Positions 34,311 through 41,199 of a stretch of DNA of 41,199 nt are shown piece after piece. The stretch is taken from IMG/VR virus record IMGVR_UViG_3300027509_000006, positions 1-41,199 of that record. One strand, written 5' to 3'. The position numbers and the translations under genes are program-made. The number at the start of each line of letters is the position of its first letter. The first letter of the stretch is position 1. The notes under the pieces were generated by a model. That model made no database searches and was not told where the DNA came from. It was given only the letters and a program-made list of their open reading frames with translations. Source of the stretch: a virus.

Positions 34311-37300
34311 TTACCAGTGACACATACATAGCACCTGACAAGGTGGAAGAGATCAAGGCGATAGATGACCTGCTGGGCACCATCGAGGGTTTCGTGGAAC
34401 TGAAAAAGAAGGGTGCTGCCTACATAGGTGAGTGTAATAATTGCGGTGATCCCAAAGGCCTGACGGTGACAGTTGGGAAGGGTCTCTATAAGTGTTTCAA
34501 GTGTGGAGATGGTGGCAAGTATCCACTGCAGTATCTCACTGGCCAGAGAGGGATGGAGTACAAGGAATCGCTGATCTATCTGGCAGAGACTTACAATATA
34601 GACATCAGTCCGCCCATAGTCCCGGTCAAGAAAATGTCCAGTAAGAAAAAACAACTCTCATTCCGTGATAGACAATTGCAGGCGTCAGGGATCTCACTAT
34701 CCGCTCAGCAATATGAGGTGACCGATGGCAACACGACCATGGAGCTGGAGAGATACAGAAAAGGAAAGCTGAATCAGTACGGTGAGATAGATCCCACAGG
34801 TGATGACATGATACTGGTGTACAGAACACTGAATGGCAAGACTGTCACCTATAGGGATAAGCGAGGCAAGGAAAAGCAGCTATATAGAGTCAGGCACAAG
34901 TACCCGGAGCAGCACCTGAGTCAGAAGACTGGCCGCCCTATGAAGTATGCGAGTCCCTACGGATCAGGCTCTCACTTATGGTTGCCTGAGTATGTGATCA
35001 GAGCGTATGAGCTGGGCTCCACCTTCGATACACTGTACATCGTGGAAGGTGAGAAGAAAGCAGACAAGCTCTGCTGTCACAAGATGTTATGTGTCGGTAT
35101 CATGGGCATTCATAATCTGGCAAATGAGGACATGCCCTATGTGTTTGAGCAACTGATGCAAGCTTTCAATGTGAAGAATGTCGTATTCCTATTCGACCAG
35201 GACTGGAGAGATCTTTCGATCAAATCTGATAAGCCAGTTGACATGAGACCGAGAAGTTTCTGCAAAGCGGCTACCCGATTCAGATCCTATTTCTATTCCT
35301 TCCTGGTAAGTGGTGAATTCAATTTCAAGATTTTCATAGGTACACATAAGGCCGAGGCTGATCAGAAAGGCATAGACGATTTCCTCGTCCCGAATAAAGG
35401 CAAGGAAAAAGAAATTCTGGATGATCTGAAAACTGCAGTCACTGGACCGGGTCACACAACTGACCAGTGGGAGCTCTACGATGTGACTGAGATTTCTGAC
35501 TATGCGATGAAGGAAATCTGGAAGATCCACAATGAAGTGGCTTTCCTGAAACATTACAAGGCTGAGCTGAAGGATCTGAGAGAATTCAAGCTGGGCAAGA
35601 TCAGGAGAAAGTACAATGAAGAGGAAGAGAAATTTGAGTTGGCTCAGAAGGTGCTACCCTCAGAGCAGTACTGGATCAAGTCTTATGACAAGCATGATAA
35701 TCTGAAACTGACCTTTGACTGGATTCAGATCGAGAACTTTTTCAAGAATAGAGGGATAGGCATTCACGAGCAGTCTCCGGAGGACATCTGGCATCTCCAT
35801 GTGGAGAGCAGCAGCAATATGATCAGAAAGGTCACGCCACGATATGTGCAGTCCTACCTGATAGAATATTCCAAGCAGCTGGAGGATCTATCTATGGAGA
35901 TTTCAAGATTCATCAAGGCTGGTATTTCCAGATATCTGTCACCAGTCCAGATGAATCACTTGCTGCCCATAGATATGAGACTGAGACCAGCTCAGCGTGA
36001 GATTATGACTCTCTTATTCAAAGATAAAGTGGTGGAAATCACCAAGGATGAAGCTGAAATCAAAAAGCATTATGTGTATCACTACTGGGAAGAGGAAGTG
36101 ATCCAGCACGACTTTGAATTGACAGGGCCTCTATTCACGATGGAGAAGAAGGATGGCAGTACTGGCTTTGATTTTGAGATGACAGCGCTGGGCAAGGAAT
36201 CGGAGATCTTGCAATTCTTATATAATACCTCCTGTACTTTCTGGAGAAAGAAAGCCGCTTCAGTTCATAAAAAGAATTTACCAGCCAGGTGGGTGCAGAA
36301 TCATTCCATCTCCAATGAAGCAGCCGGAGTGACTGAGGACGAAATCCAGGCCACAAATATGCATCTACTGGCCAAGATGGTGGCTTTCGGGTACCTCCTC
36401 CACGACTATGAGGATGTCAGTAATACCAAGGCCATCATATGTATGGATCTCAAAGACTCTGAGCGAGGCGCAGCTGAGGGTGGAACTGGTAAAAGCATAT
36501 TCAGTTTCATGGCAAAGCACCTGGTCAAGCTATTCGATATAGATGCCGGAGCGAAGGATCTGATGGCTAAGGATCCGTTCATGTTTGAAGGTGTGGATGA
36601 GAACACCAGGATAATAGTCCTGGATGATGCCAGGAGTGACCTGGACTTTCAAGGAATGTTTTCCAAGATCACCAATGGCGTGAAGGTGAAGCGGAAAGGT
36701 AAGACCACCGTAAGAGCCGGAATGAAGAAATTCATCATCAATCTGAATGGAATGCTTAGGGGATCCAGCAACTCATTCATCAGGCGTCAGTTCTTGCTGG
36801 GCTTCACTGACTACTATAATGAGAAGCGGACCCCATATGATGAATTCGGTCACAACTTATTCAGCGAGTGGGACAAGAAACAATGGAACCTGTTTTTCAA
36901 TCTGGCCATCCAGTGCAGCCAGCTCTATCTCAAGTATAATCTCAAGTACTCAGTACCCAAAGAGAAGCTGACCAGGAGAAGCCAGAGAAACGAGCTCGGT
37001 GAGAACTTCATAGACTGGGCTGATCTCAAGTATGATGAGGAAGGAGTCTGGAGAAACAAGTGCATGAATAAGATGATGCTGATGGAAAGTTTTCTTAAGG
37101 AATACCCCAATCAGCGCAAGTACATGACAGTAGCCAAGATCAAGGAAAAACTCATCATCTATGCCAAGTACAGAAAGCTGGACTTCAACATAACCAAGGA
37201 CGGTGAGCGGATCAAGAGTAATGGAAAAGAATACCTCTGCCTGAGCGATGAGAAATTCAATCCGTCTCAGGACATGGCAAAGAAGATAGATAACGAAGGA

Positions 37301-37327
37301 GATTTTTTCAATAGAACGGATATATAA
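34307..37327 (+). CDS. Primase-helicase fusion (CHC2-like zinc finger, TOPRIM, P-loop NTPase)
   Basis: 1006 aa. The zinc finger is CNNCGDPKGLTVTVGKGLYKCFKCGDGG. The TOPRIM motifs are LYIVEGEKKADKL and VVFLFDQDW. Walker A is EGGTGKS, and Walker B-like is RIIVLDDA. Confidence 0.8.
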   Translation: MITSDTYIAPDKVEEIKAIDDLLGTIEGFVELKKKGAAYIGECNNCGDPKGLTVTVGKGLYKCFKCGDGGKYPLQYLTGQRGMEYKESLIYLAETYNIDISPPIVPVKKMSSKKKQLSFRDRQLQASGISLSAQQYEVTDGNTTMELERYRKGKLNQYGEIDPTGDDMILVYRTLNGKTVTYRDKRGKEKQLYRVRHKYPEQHLSQKTGRPMKYASPYGSGSHLWLPEYVIRAYELGSTFDTLYIVEGEKKADKLCCHKMLCVGIMGIHNLANEDMPYVFEQLMQAFNVKNVVFLFDQDWRDLSIKSDKPVDMRPRSFCKAATRFRSYFYSFLVSGEFNFKIFIGTHKAEADQKGIDDFLVPNKGKEKEILDDLKTAVTGPGHTTDQWELYDVTEISDYAMKEIWKIHNEVAFLKHYKAELKDLREFKLGKIRRKYNEEEEKFELAQKVLPSEQYWIKSYDKHDNLKLTFDWIQIENFFKNRGIGIHEQSPEDIWHLHVESSSNMIRKVTPRYVQSYLIEYSKQLEDLSMEISRFIKAGISRYLSPVQMNHLLPIDMRLRPAQREIMTLLFKDKVVEITKDEAEIKKHYVYHYWEEEVIQHDFELTGPLFTMEKKDGSTGFDFEMTALGKESEILQFLYNTSCTFWRKKAASVHKKNLPARWVQNHSISNEAAGVTEDEIQATNMHLLAKMVAFGYLLHDYEDVSNTKAIICMDLKDSERGAAEGGTGKSIFSFMAKHLVKLFDIDAGAKDLMAKDPFMFEGVDENTRIIVLDDARSDLDFQGMFSKITNGVKVKRKGKTTVRAGMKKFIINLNGMLRGSSNSFIRRQFLLGFTDYYNEKRTPYDEFGHNLFSEWDKKQWNLFFNLAIQCSQLYLKYNLKYSVPKEKLTRRSQRNELGENFIDWADLKYDEEGVWRNKCMNKMMLMESFLKEYPNQRKYMTVAKIKEKLIIYAKYRKLDFNITKDGERIKSNGKEYLCLSDEKFNPSQDMAKKIDNEGDFFNRTDI

Positions 37328-37338
37328 AATAAAACCTG

Positions 37339-37647
37339 ATGATCACAACAAAGATACTAGCCTCATACCTACCCTACGAGCTCAAGTGTGAGGTCACTGA
37401 CCTGGGTGAAAAGAAGATAGGCACCATGTACGCTGTCTATGCTGATGGCACTGCATGCTTCAAGGATATCATAGAAGCAGAGCAAGGCTTCGAGGACATA
37501 AAGCCGATACTGAAGCCGCTGGATGGAATGTCAAGATACTTGGTGGATGGAGCATCACAAATTCTGATAGATGGCTATCTGGAAATGCACTATGACATAT
37601 ATGATCTGATCTCTCAAGGAAAAGCGATAGCATATGAGCAGAAATAA
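37339..37647 (+). CDS. Hypothetical protein
   Basis: 102-aa ATG ORF. No motif recognised. Confidence 0.5.
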   Translation: MITTKILASYLPYELKCEVTDLGEKKIGTMYAVYADGTACFKDIIEAEQGFEDIKPILKPLDGMSRYLVDGASQILIDGYLEMHYDIYDLISQGKAIAYEQK

Positions 37648-38206
37648 GAAATCCTGCTATGTCATAATGATCGCTCAGAAGTTCCTGAAAGGCCATCGAC
37701 GAGCTGGGCAGGAAACAGACTTCGAGTCGTTTGTCGTGTCCGGCAATAAGAAGACAACCATCAGAGGCAATTATTCTCTATGGCTGAAACGCTTCCAGAA
37801 AATACAAGCAGATCAGGCTTACATATCTCTCAGGAAGTGGTCAGGAAAACCCTACCGCAGTAAGCAGATAGAGATCAAGCAGCTGCATAAGAGTGATGGC
37901 ATAGGACTGGAGAAACTGGTGATCAGCTCCATAGGTGCCATCGTGAATAATTGTAAGACTGTGGCGCCATTTGTCCAGGTCGATGATTATGATCTGGCCT
38001 TGAATGATGGCCTGGGATTGATGGATTTTCAGTCGTGGTTTGCCGGATATGACCTTACTGATCCCATGGCAATCATACACTTCACCCCATTCCGATATTA
38101 CAGAGAAAAATGTGCAGCCTGTAAAGGTGAGTGCAAGCCTTGTCCCAAAGGCGAGGGTGCGGAGAGATCCGCATCCTCATTTTTGAACTCAAAATCAATA
38201 CTATGA
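37634..38206 (+). CDS. Hypothetical protein with a Cys-rich C-terminus
   Basis: 190 aa. The C-terminus is CAACKGECKPCPKGEG. Confidence 0.5.
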   Translation: MSRNKKSCYVIMIAQKFLKGHRRAGQETDFESFVVSGNKKTTIRGNYSLWLKRFQKIQADQAYISLRKWSGKPYRSKQIEIKQLHKSDGIGLEKLVISSIGAIVNNCKTVAPFVQVDDYDLALNDGLGLMDFQSWFAGYDLTDPMAIIHFTPFRYYREKCAACKGECKPCPKGEGAERSASSFLNSKSIL

Positions 38207-38577
38207 GATTACAATATCCACTCATCTATCCAGATGGTATGAGAGCAAACAGAATGCCTAAGAAAATGAATCCTAAGAAAGATTATAAGGAAGCCATAGG
38301 AGCGCTGGTCAAAGAACTTCGTCTGGCCAGGGCCAAAGATTCTAGACTACTATCCAATGTCCACCTGAATGCAAGTGGATCTGTGTACGGCAGTAATCCA
38401 GGTGGCCCAGGTGTAATGCTAGAATTCAAGAAAGGGAAGACTCGTTATCACTGGCTACTGGATCAGTACGACAGGACAGCTGACAACATCTATGCGATGT
38501 CCAAGCTGGTACACAACTGGAGAATGTTTCTGGACTCAGGCGTGAGGAGCTGGCGAGAGAAAATGGAGGTGGTATGA
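38203..38577 (+). CDS. Hypothetical protein
   Basis: ATG 38203 overlaps the upstream stop (ATGA), so the track start at 38131 is rejected. Confidence 0.5.
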   Translation: MRLQYPLIYPDGMRANRMPKKMNPKKDYKEAIGALVKELRLARAKDSRLLSNVHLNASGSVYGSNPGGPGVMLEFKKGKTRYHWLLDQYDRTADNIYAMSKLVHNWRMFLDSGVRSWREKMEVV

Positions 38578-39215
38578 ATGGACGAATGTGGACAGAATCG
38601 GAGATCTCTCGATTGATAGAAATATACCCGGATCATACTGGTAAAGAAGTCGCTGAGAAATTAGGTCGAAAACTTACCAGTGTCTACGGGAAAGCTAAGA
38701 CACTAGGTCTATGCAAAAGCGAGGAGTTTAAGAGGTCAGATAAGTCTGGCCGATTAAACAAGACAAACCAAGCAGGGATAGGTCACAGATTTAAAAAAGG
38801 TCATACGCCAGCGAACAAAGGAAGAAAGGTTTCATCAGAGACCAGAGCTAGAATGGCTAAGACTTTCTTTAAGAAAGGTCAACTGCCACACAATACGCTA
38901 TCAGATGGAGCTATCAGGACAAGAAGAGATAGAAGAGGGATTCCATATCAATTTATCAGGATCAGTGCAGGAAAGTGGGAGCATCTACATAGACACATGT
39001 ACAGGACTAAAATCGGAGAAATACCAGATATGATGGTAGTGATTTTCAAAGATGGCAACACGATGAACTGCACAGTTGAAAACTTAGGATTAATCACTAA
39101 GCAGCAGAATATGAAACGAAATACTATACATCAGTACCCGGAGGATGTGAAACAAGGGATCCGGGCATTATCCAAATTAAAAAAGAAAATCAAGCATTAT
39201 GAAAAACAAGATTGA
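38574..39215 (+). CDS. HNH-like protein with a SANT/Myb-like N-terminal HTH; the first catalytic His is replaced
   Basis: The N-terminus is WTESEISRLIEIYPDHTGKEVAEKLGRKLTSVYGKAKTLGL. The C-terminus WEHLHRHMYRTKIGEIPDMMVVIFKDGNTMNCTVENLGLITKQQN follows the phage HNH pattern, but it has IFKDGN where H-x-D-G-N is expected. Confidence 0.6.
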   Translation: MNGRMWTESEISRLIEIYPDHTGKEVAEKLGRKLTSVYGKAKTLGLCKSEEFKRSDKSGRLNKTNQAGIGHRFKKGHTPANKGRKVSSETRARMAKTFFKKGQLPHNTLSDGAIRTRRDRRGIPYQFIRISAGKWEHLHRHMYRTKIGEIPDMMVVIFKDGNTMNCTVENLGLITKQQNMKRNTIHQYPEDVKQGIRALSKLKKKIKHYEKQD

Positions 39216-39507
39216 TGACGTGAGAGATCACATGTTCGCAGCACTTGAGAGACTGAATGATGAAAATCTAACTCCAGAGCAAATTGATAAGGAAATCATA
39301 AGAGCCAAGGCTATAGCTGAGGTGGGGAAAGTTGTTGTGGAATCAGCAAAAGCTGAAACTAATTTTCTCAAGGTCACTGGACTGGACCCTACTGGATTCA
39401 TAGGTACTGGAGGCAAAGAAAGTGACACAGATGCAAATAAATTGACCATAGCAGCAAGCACTAGTGCAGTGCTGGGTATTACTGAGATTAAGTCAGCGAG
39501 AGAATGA
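39199..39507 (+). CDS. Hypothetical protein
   Basis: 102-aa ATG ORF that overlaps the upstream gene by 17 nt. Confidence 0.5.
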   Translation: MKNKIDDVRDHMFAALERLNDENLTPEQIDKEIIRAKAIAEVGKVVVESAKAETNFLKVTGLDPTGFIGTGGKESDTDANKLTIAASTSAVLGITEIKSARE

Positions 39508-39538
39508 ATGATCATCGTGATATCAAAAACGTCAGACG

Positions 39539-39757
39539 ATGAAGGCATTACAGGAAATCACAAACAGACTGAATGCGATAGATCACAAACTGGATAAGTC
39601 CAATAGATTCCGATTTCAGAAGTTATCACAGTTTTGCAGAGACAAAGAGGTTGACCCTAAGACAGTGAAGAAGTTCTTTCCTGATGCCATATACCAGAAG
39701 GGAGTTTACTGGGTGGATCTGGATGTGATGAGTGAAATAATTCGGGATAGTAAATGA
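39539..39757 (+). CDS. Possible excisionase / small DNA-binding protein
   Basis: 72 aa, convergent with and adjacent to the integrase. The segment VDPKTVKKFFPDAIYQKGVYWVDLDVMSEII loosely fits the excisionase-type winged-helix pattern. Confidence 0.35.
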   Translation: MKALQEITNRLNAIDHKLDKSNRFRFQKLSQFCRDKEVDPKTVKKFFPDAIYQKGVYWVDLDVMSEIIRDSK

Positions 39758-39760
39758 GAT

Positions 39761-39823
39761 TACTGATAATAACAAGGTTCACAGAGTGCTATGGCATTCT
39801 GCTGATACCGACTATTATCAGTA
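39761..39823. repeat. 11-bp perfect inverted repeat between the convergent xis-like and int genes
   Basis: TACTGATAATA (39761..39771) pairs with TATTATCAGTA (39813..39823) across a 41-nt spacer. It could be a bidirectional terminator or a protein-binding site. Confidence 0.5.
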
Positions 39824-39839
39824 GTCTGCCACCACACAA

Positions 39840-40925
39840 TTAGCACGCATCCGCGTCGCCTATATTCGTATCACTCTCTATTTTCTCATCAAAGAAGAAG
39901 CTCGTCTCTTTGTCTATTTTTCTACGTGTGATTTTCCCATAAGTCTTGATCAACATTGGAATTGTGATTCCCATCATCTCTGCTGTTGTACCTTCAGAAA
40001 CACCATTGAGAAGACAGATTGTAGTTGCGAACGTATGCCTTGCCAGATGAGTATGCAGCGTTTTCTCAATTCCGCAGATGTCTTGGATCTCTTTCAAATA
40101 GGCGTTCATTCTCGAATTTGATTTGATAGGTAACTGTCTATCATAGCGTTCCCATATCTCCAGTGCCTTTGGGAACATAGGAAGTACAGCCTTTTTCTTA
40201 GTCTTATTTCGTATTGAATCGATCCATATCCTCTTTGTTTTGATGTCTATTTTGGTTTCAAAAGTGTGAAGTCTGCTATATTCCATACCTGTATAGCACT
40301 GAAATATGAATACATCCCTGATTCTGGCTATTCTATGGTGTAGATTTTTGTTTTCGATAGCATGGAGTTCTTGCTCATTGAGATAGATGATATCCTTCTT
40401 TACTTTTTTGAATTTCATATGCATCATCGGATTGATTCTGATCATATCCTCCTGGATACCGAACTTGAGAAATGAGTCTAACTGATGCATCCTCTTATAG
40501 GCTGAATTGATATTCATTCTAGTAAGGAAGTGTTTATACAAGTCATTGATGAAATCAGGGTCTATCTTATAGAGCGGCACATCAAAATCGCCCAGAATAT
40601 TCTTGAATCCATTATATTTCTCTAATGTCCCATCTGATAGCTTAGGTCGACTTTTGCAGTACCTTTCCACTAGCTCTGACAGAACCAAGGAGTTGTTAGC
40701 ATCTATTTTCCTGTACAATTGCTCGAAAGTAGAACATCCATCCGCGATACGCTTCCACTCTCCTACTAGCTTATTGACATTCGTGTCACCATCCGCATAC
40801 TGTAGCTTCTGATGCCATTTCTTAGGAAATAAGCCTGTAGCACGTACTTTTCGCTTACCTAAGCTGTTGGTGAAACGGACATATAATGATTGATCACGAG
40901 GGAAGATGTAGAATAGAGCTTTCAT
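39840..40925 (-). CDS. int: Tyrosine recombinase / phage integrase
   Basis: 361 aa. The box II-like motif is HTHLARHTFATT, and the candidate catalytic Tyr lies in MLIKTYGKIT. The N-terminal arm-binding-like region is FYIFPRDQSLYVRFTNSLGKRKVRATGL. Confidence 0.85.
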   Translation of the reverse strand: MKALFYIFPRDQSLYVRFTNSLGKRKVRATGLFPKKWHQKLQYADGDTNVNKLVGEWKRIADGCSTFEQLYRKIDANNSLVLSELVERYCKSRPKLSDGTLEKYNGFKNILGDFDVPLYKIDPDFINDLYKHFLTRMNINSAYKRMHQLDSFLKFGIQEDMIRINPMMHMKFKKVKKDIIYLNEQELHAIENKNLHHRIARIRDVFIFQCYTGMEYSRLHTFETKIDIKTKRIWIDSIRNKTKKKAVLPMFPKALEIWERYDRQLPIKSNSRMNAYLKEIQDICGIEKTLHTHLARHTFATTICLLNGVSEGTTAEMMGITIPMLIKTYGKITRRKIDKETSFFFDEKIESDTNIGDADAC

Positions 40926-41072
40926 ACATCAAAGATTAAAATGAAAAAGGTTAGCAATGAATCTAATTTTCAACACTGCTAACCTTTATGCTAACCTTTT
41001 CATCCTGCTTATCCGATTTATCCGATTTAGAGTAAGTTAAATCATCGGATAAACAGGATATTCAGGATGCTG
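40926..41072. promoter_or_regulatory. int-proximal non-coding region with clustered short repeats; candidate attP arm (continues across the circle junction into 1..412)
   Basis: AAGGTTAGCA (40947..40956) is inverted relative to TGCTAACCTT at 40977..40986, and TGCTAACCTT recurs directly at 40989..40998. ATCCGATTT is tandem at 41011..41019 and 41020..41028, with an inverted ATCGGATAA at 41044..41052. TGCTAACC recurs at 54..61. Confidence 0.4.
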
Positions 41073-41199
41073 GCGGAGGAGGAGGGTCCGCGATTTTGTC
41101 TGATAATCAGATAGTTAGGATTAGGTGCTAACCATCCTGCTATCTGTATTCCTTAAGGTCCAAGCCTTCTGTTAGTAATTTACAACATATTACACCGAA
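41073..41199. repeat. Right copy of the 127-bp exact terminal direct repeat
   Basis: Identical to 1..127. The unique genome length is 41,072 bp. Confidence 0.95.

Larger units (their letters stand above)
1..41072 (+). mobile_element. Complete temperate tailed-phage genome (integrase-bearing, tape-measure-bearing)
   Basis: Terminase, capsid, tail tube, tape measure, fibre genes, cI/Cro-like switch, primase-helicase and tyrosine integrase all lie within one circularly closing sequence. Confidence 0.85.

Noticed and set aside
1-41199. A diversity-generating retroelement, retron, CRISPR-Cas or restriction-modification genes elsewhere in the genome
   Set aside because: No ORF shows reverse transcriptase (YxDD), Cas or methyltransferase motifs that I could recognise. 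The fibre-gene repeats are intragenic duplications, not template/variable repeat pairs with adenine-specific differences.

Overview
The window is one complete temperate tailed-phage genome. Bases 1..127 are repeated exactly at 41073..41199, so the unique circle is 41,072 bp. The 127-bp overlap is more likely an assembly closure than a physical terminal repeat.

The host is probably in Bacteroidota. Three things point that way: start codons lack Shine-Dalgarno sequences, TAnnTTTG-type -7 boxes occur, and there is a DUF5675-like gene plus a Bacteroidota-style tyrosine integrase.

Layout:
- A long + strand block (690..28143) carries the lysis candidates, tail/baseplate genes, four fibre-region genes, scaffold/protease, major capsid, tail tube, tape measure, a run of small genes, portal candidate, small and large terminase, and one more late gene.
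- A - strand accessory and regulatory block (28140..33051) follows.
- Next comes a + strand early/replication block (33153..39757) with a Cro-like protein, a primase-helicase, an HNH-like protein and an Xis-like protein.
- Last are the - strand integrase (39840..40925) and about 0.8 kb of non-coding DNA that spans the circle junction.

Most interesting region: an AT-rich island (about 28140..31100) carries a DarT/DarG ADP-ribosyltransferase/macrodomain pair. Two translationally coupled orphan genes follow it, and I cannot assign a function to either. Just upstream sit an N-terminal LuxR-type HTH + TPR-like regulator and a cI-like repressor with no autocleavage domain. A tiny terminator-backed + strand unit lies between those two genes.

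Other signals worth a second look:
- a nested palindromic array of 13 AGTCCA hexamers (413..601)
- a 38-bp element present three times, two of them tandem just upstream of the terminase genes
- an 11-12 nt motif shared by three late intergenic gaps
- signal-peptide-like N-termini on four consecutive fibre-region proteins
- a stand-alone PAS-like protein
- an HTH protein embedded among the tail genes

All family assignments come from motif recognition by eye. No searches were run.
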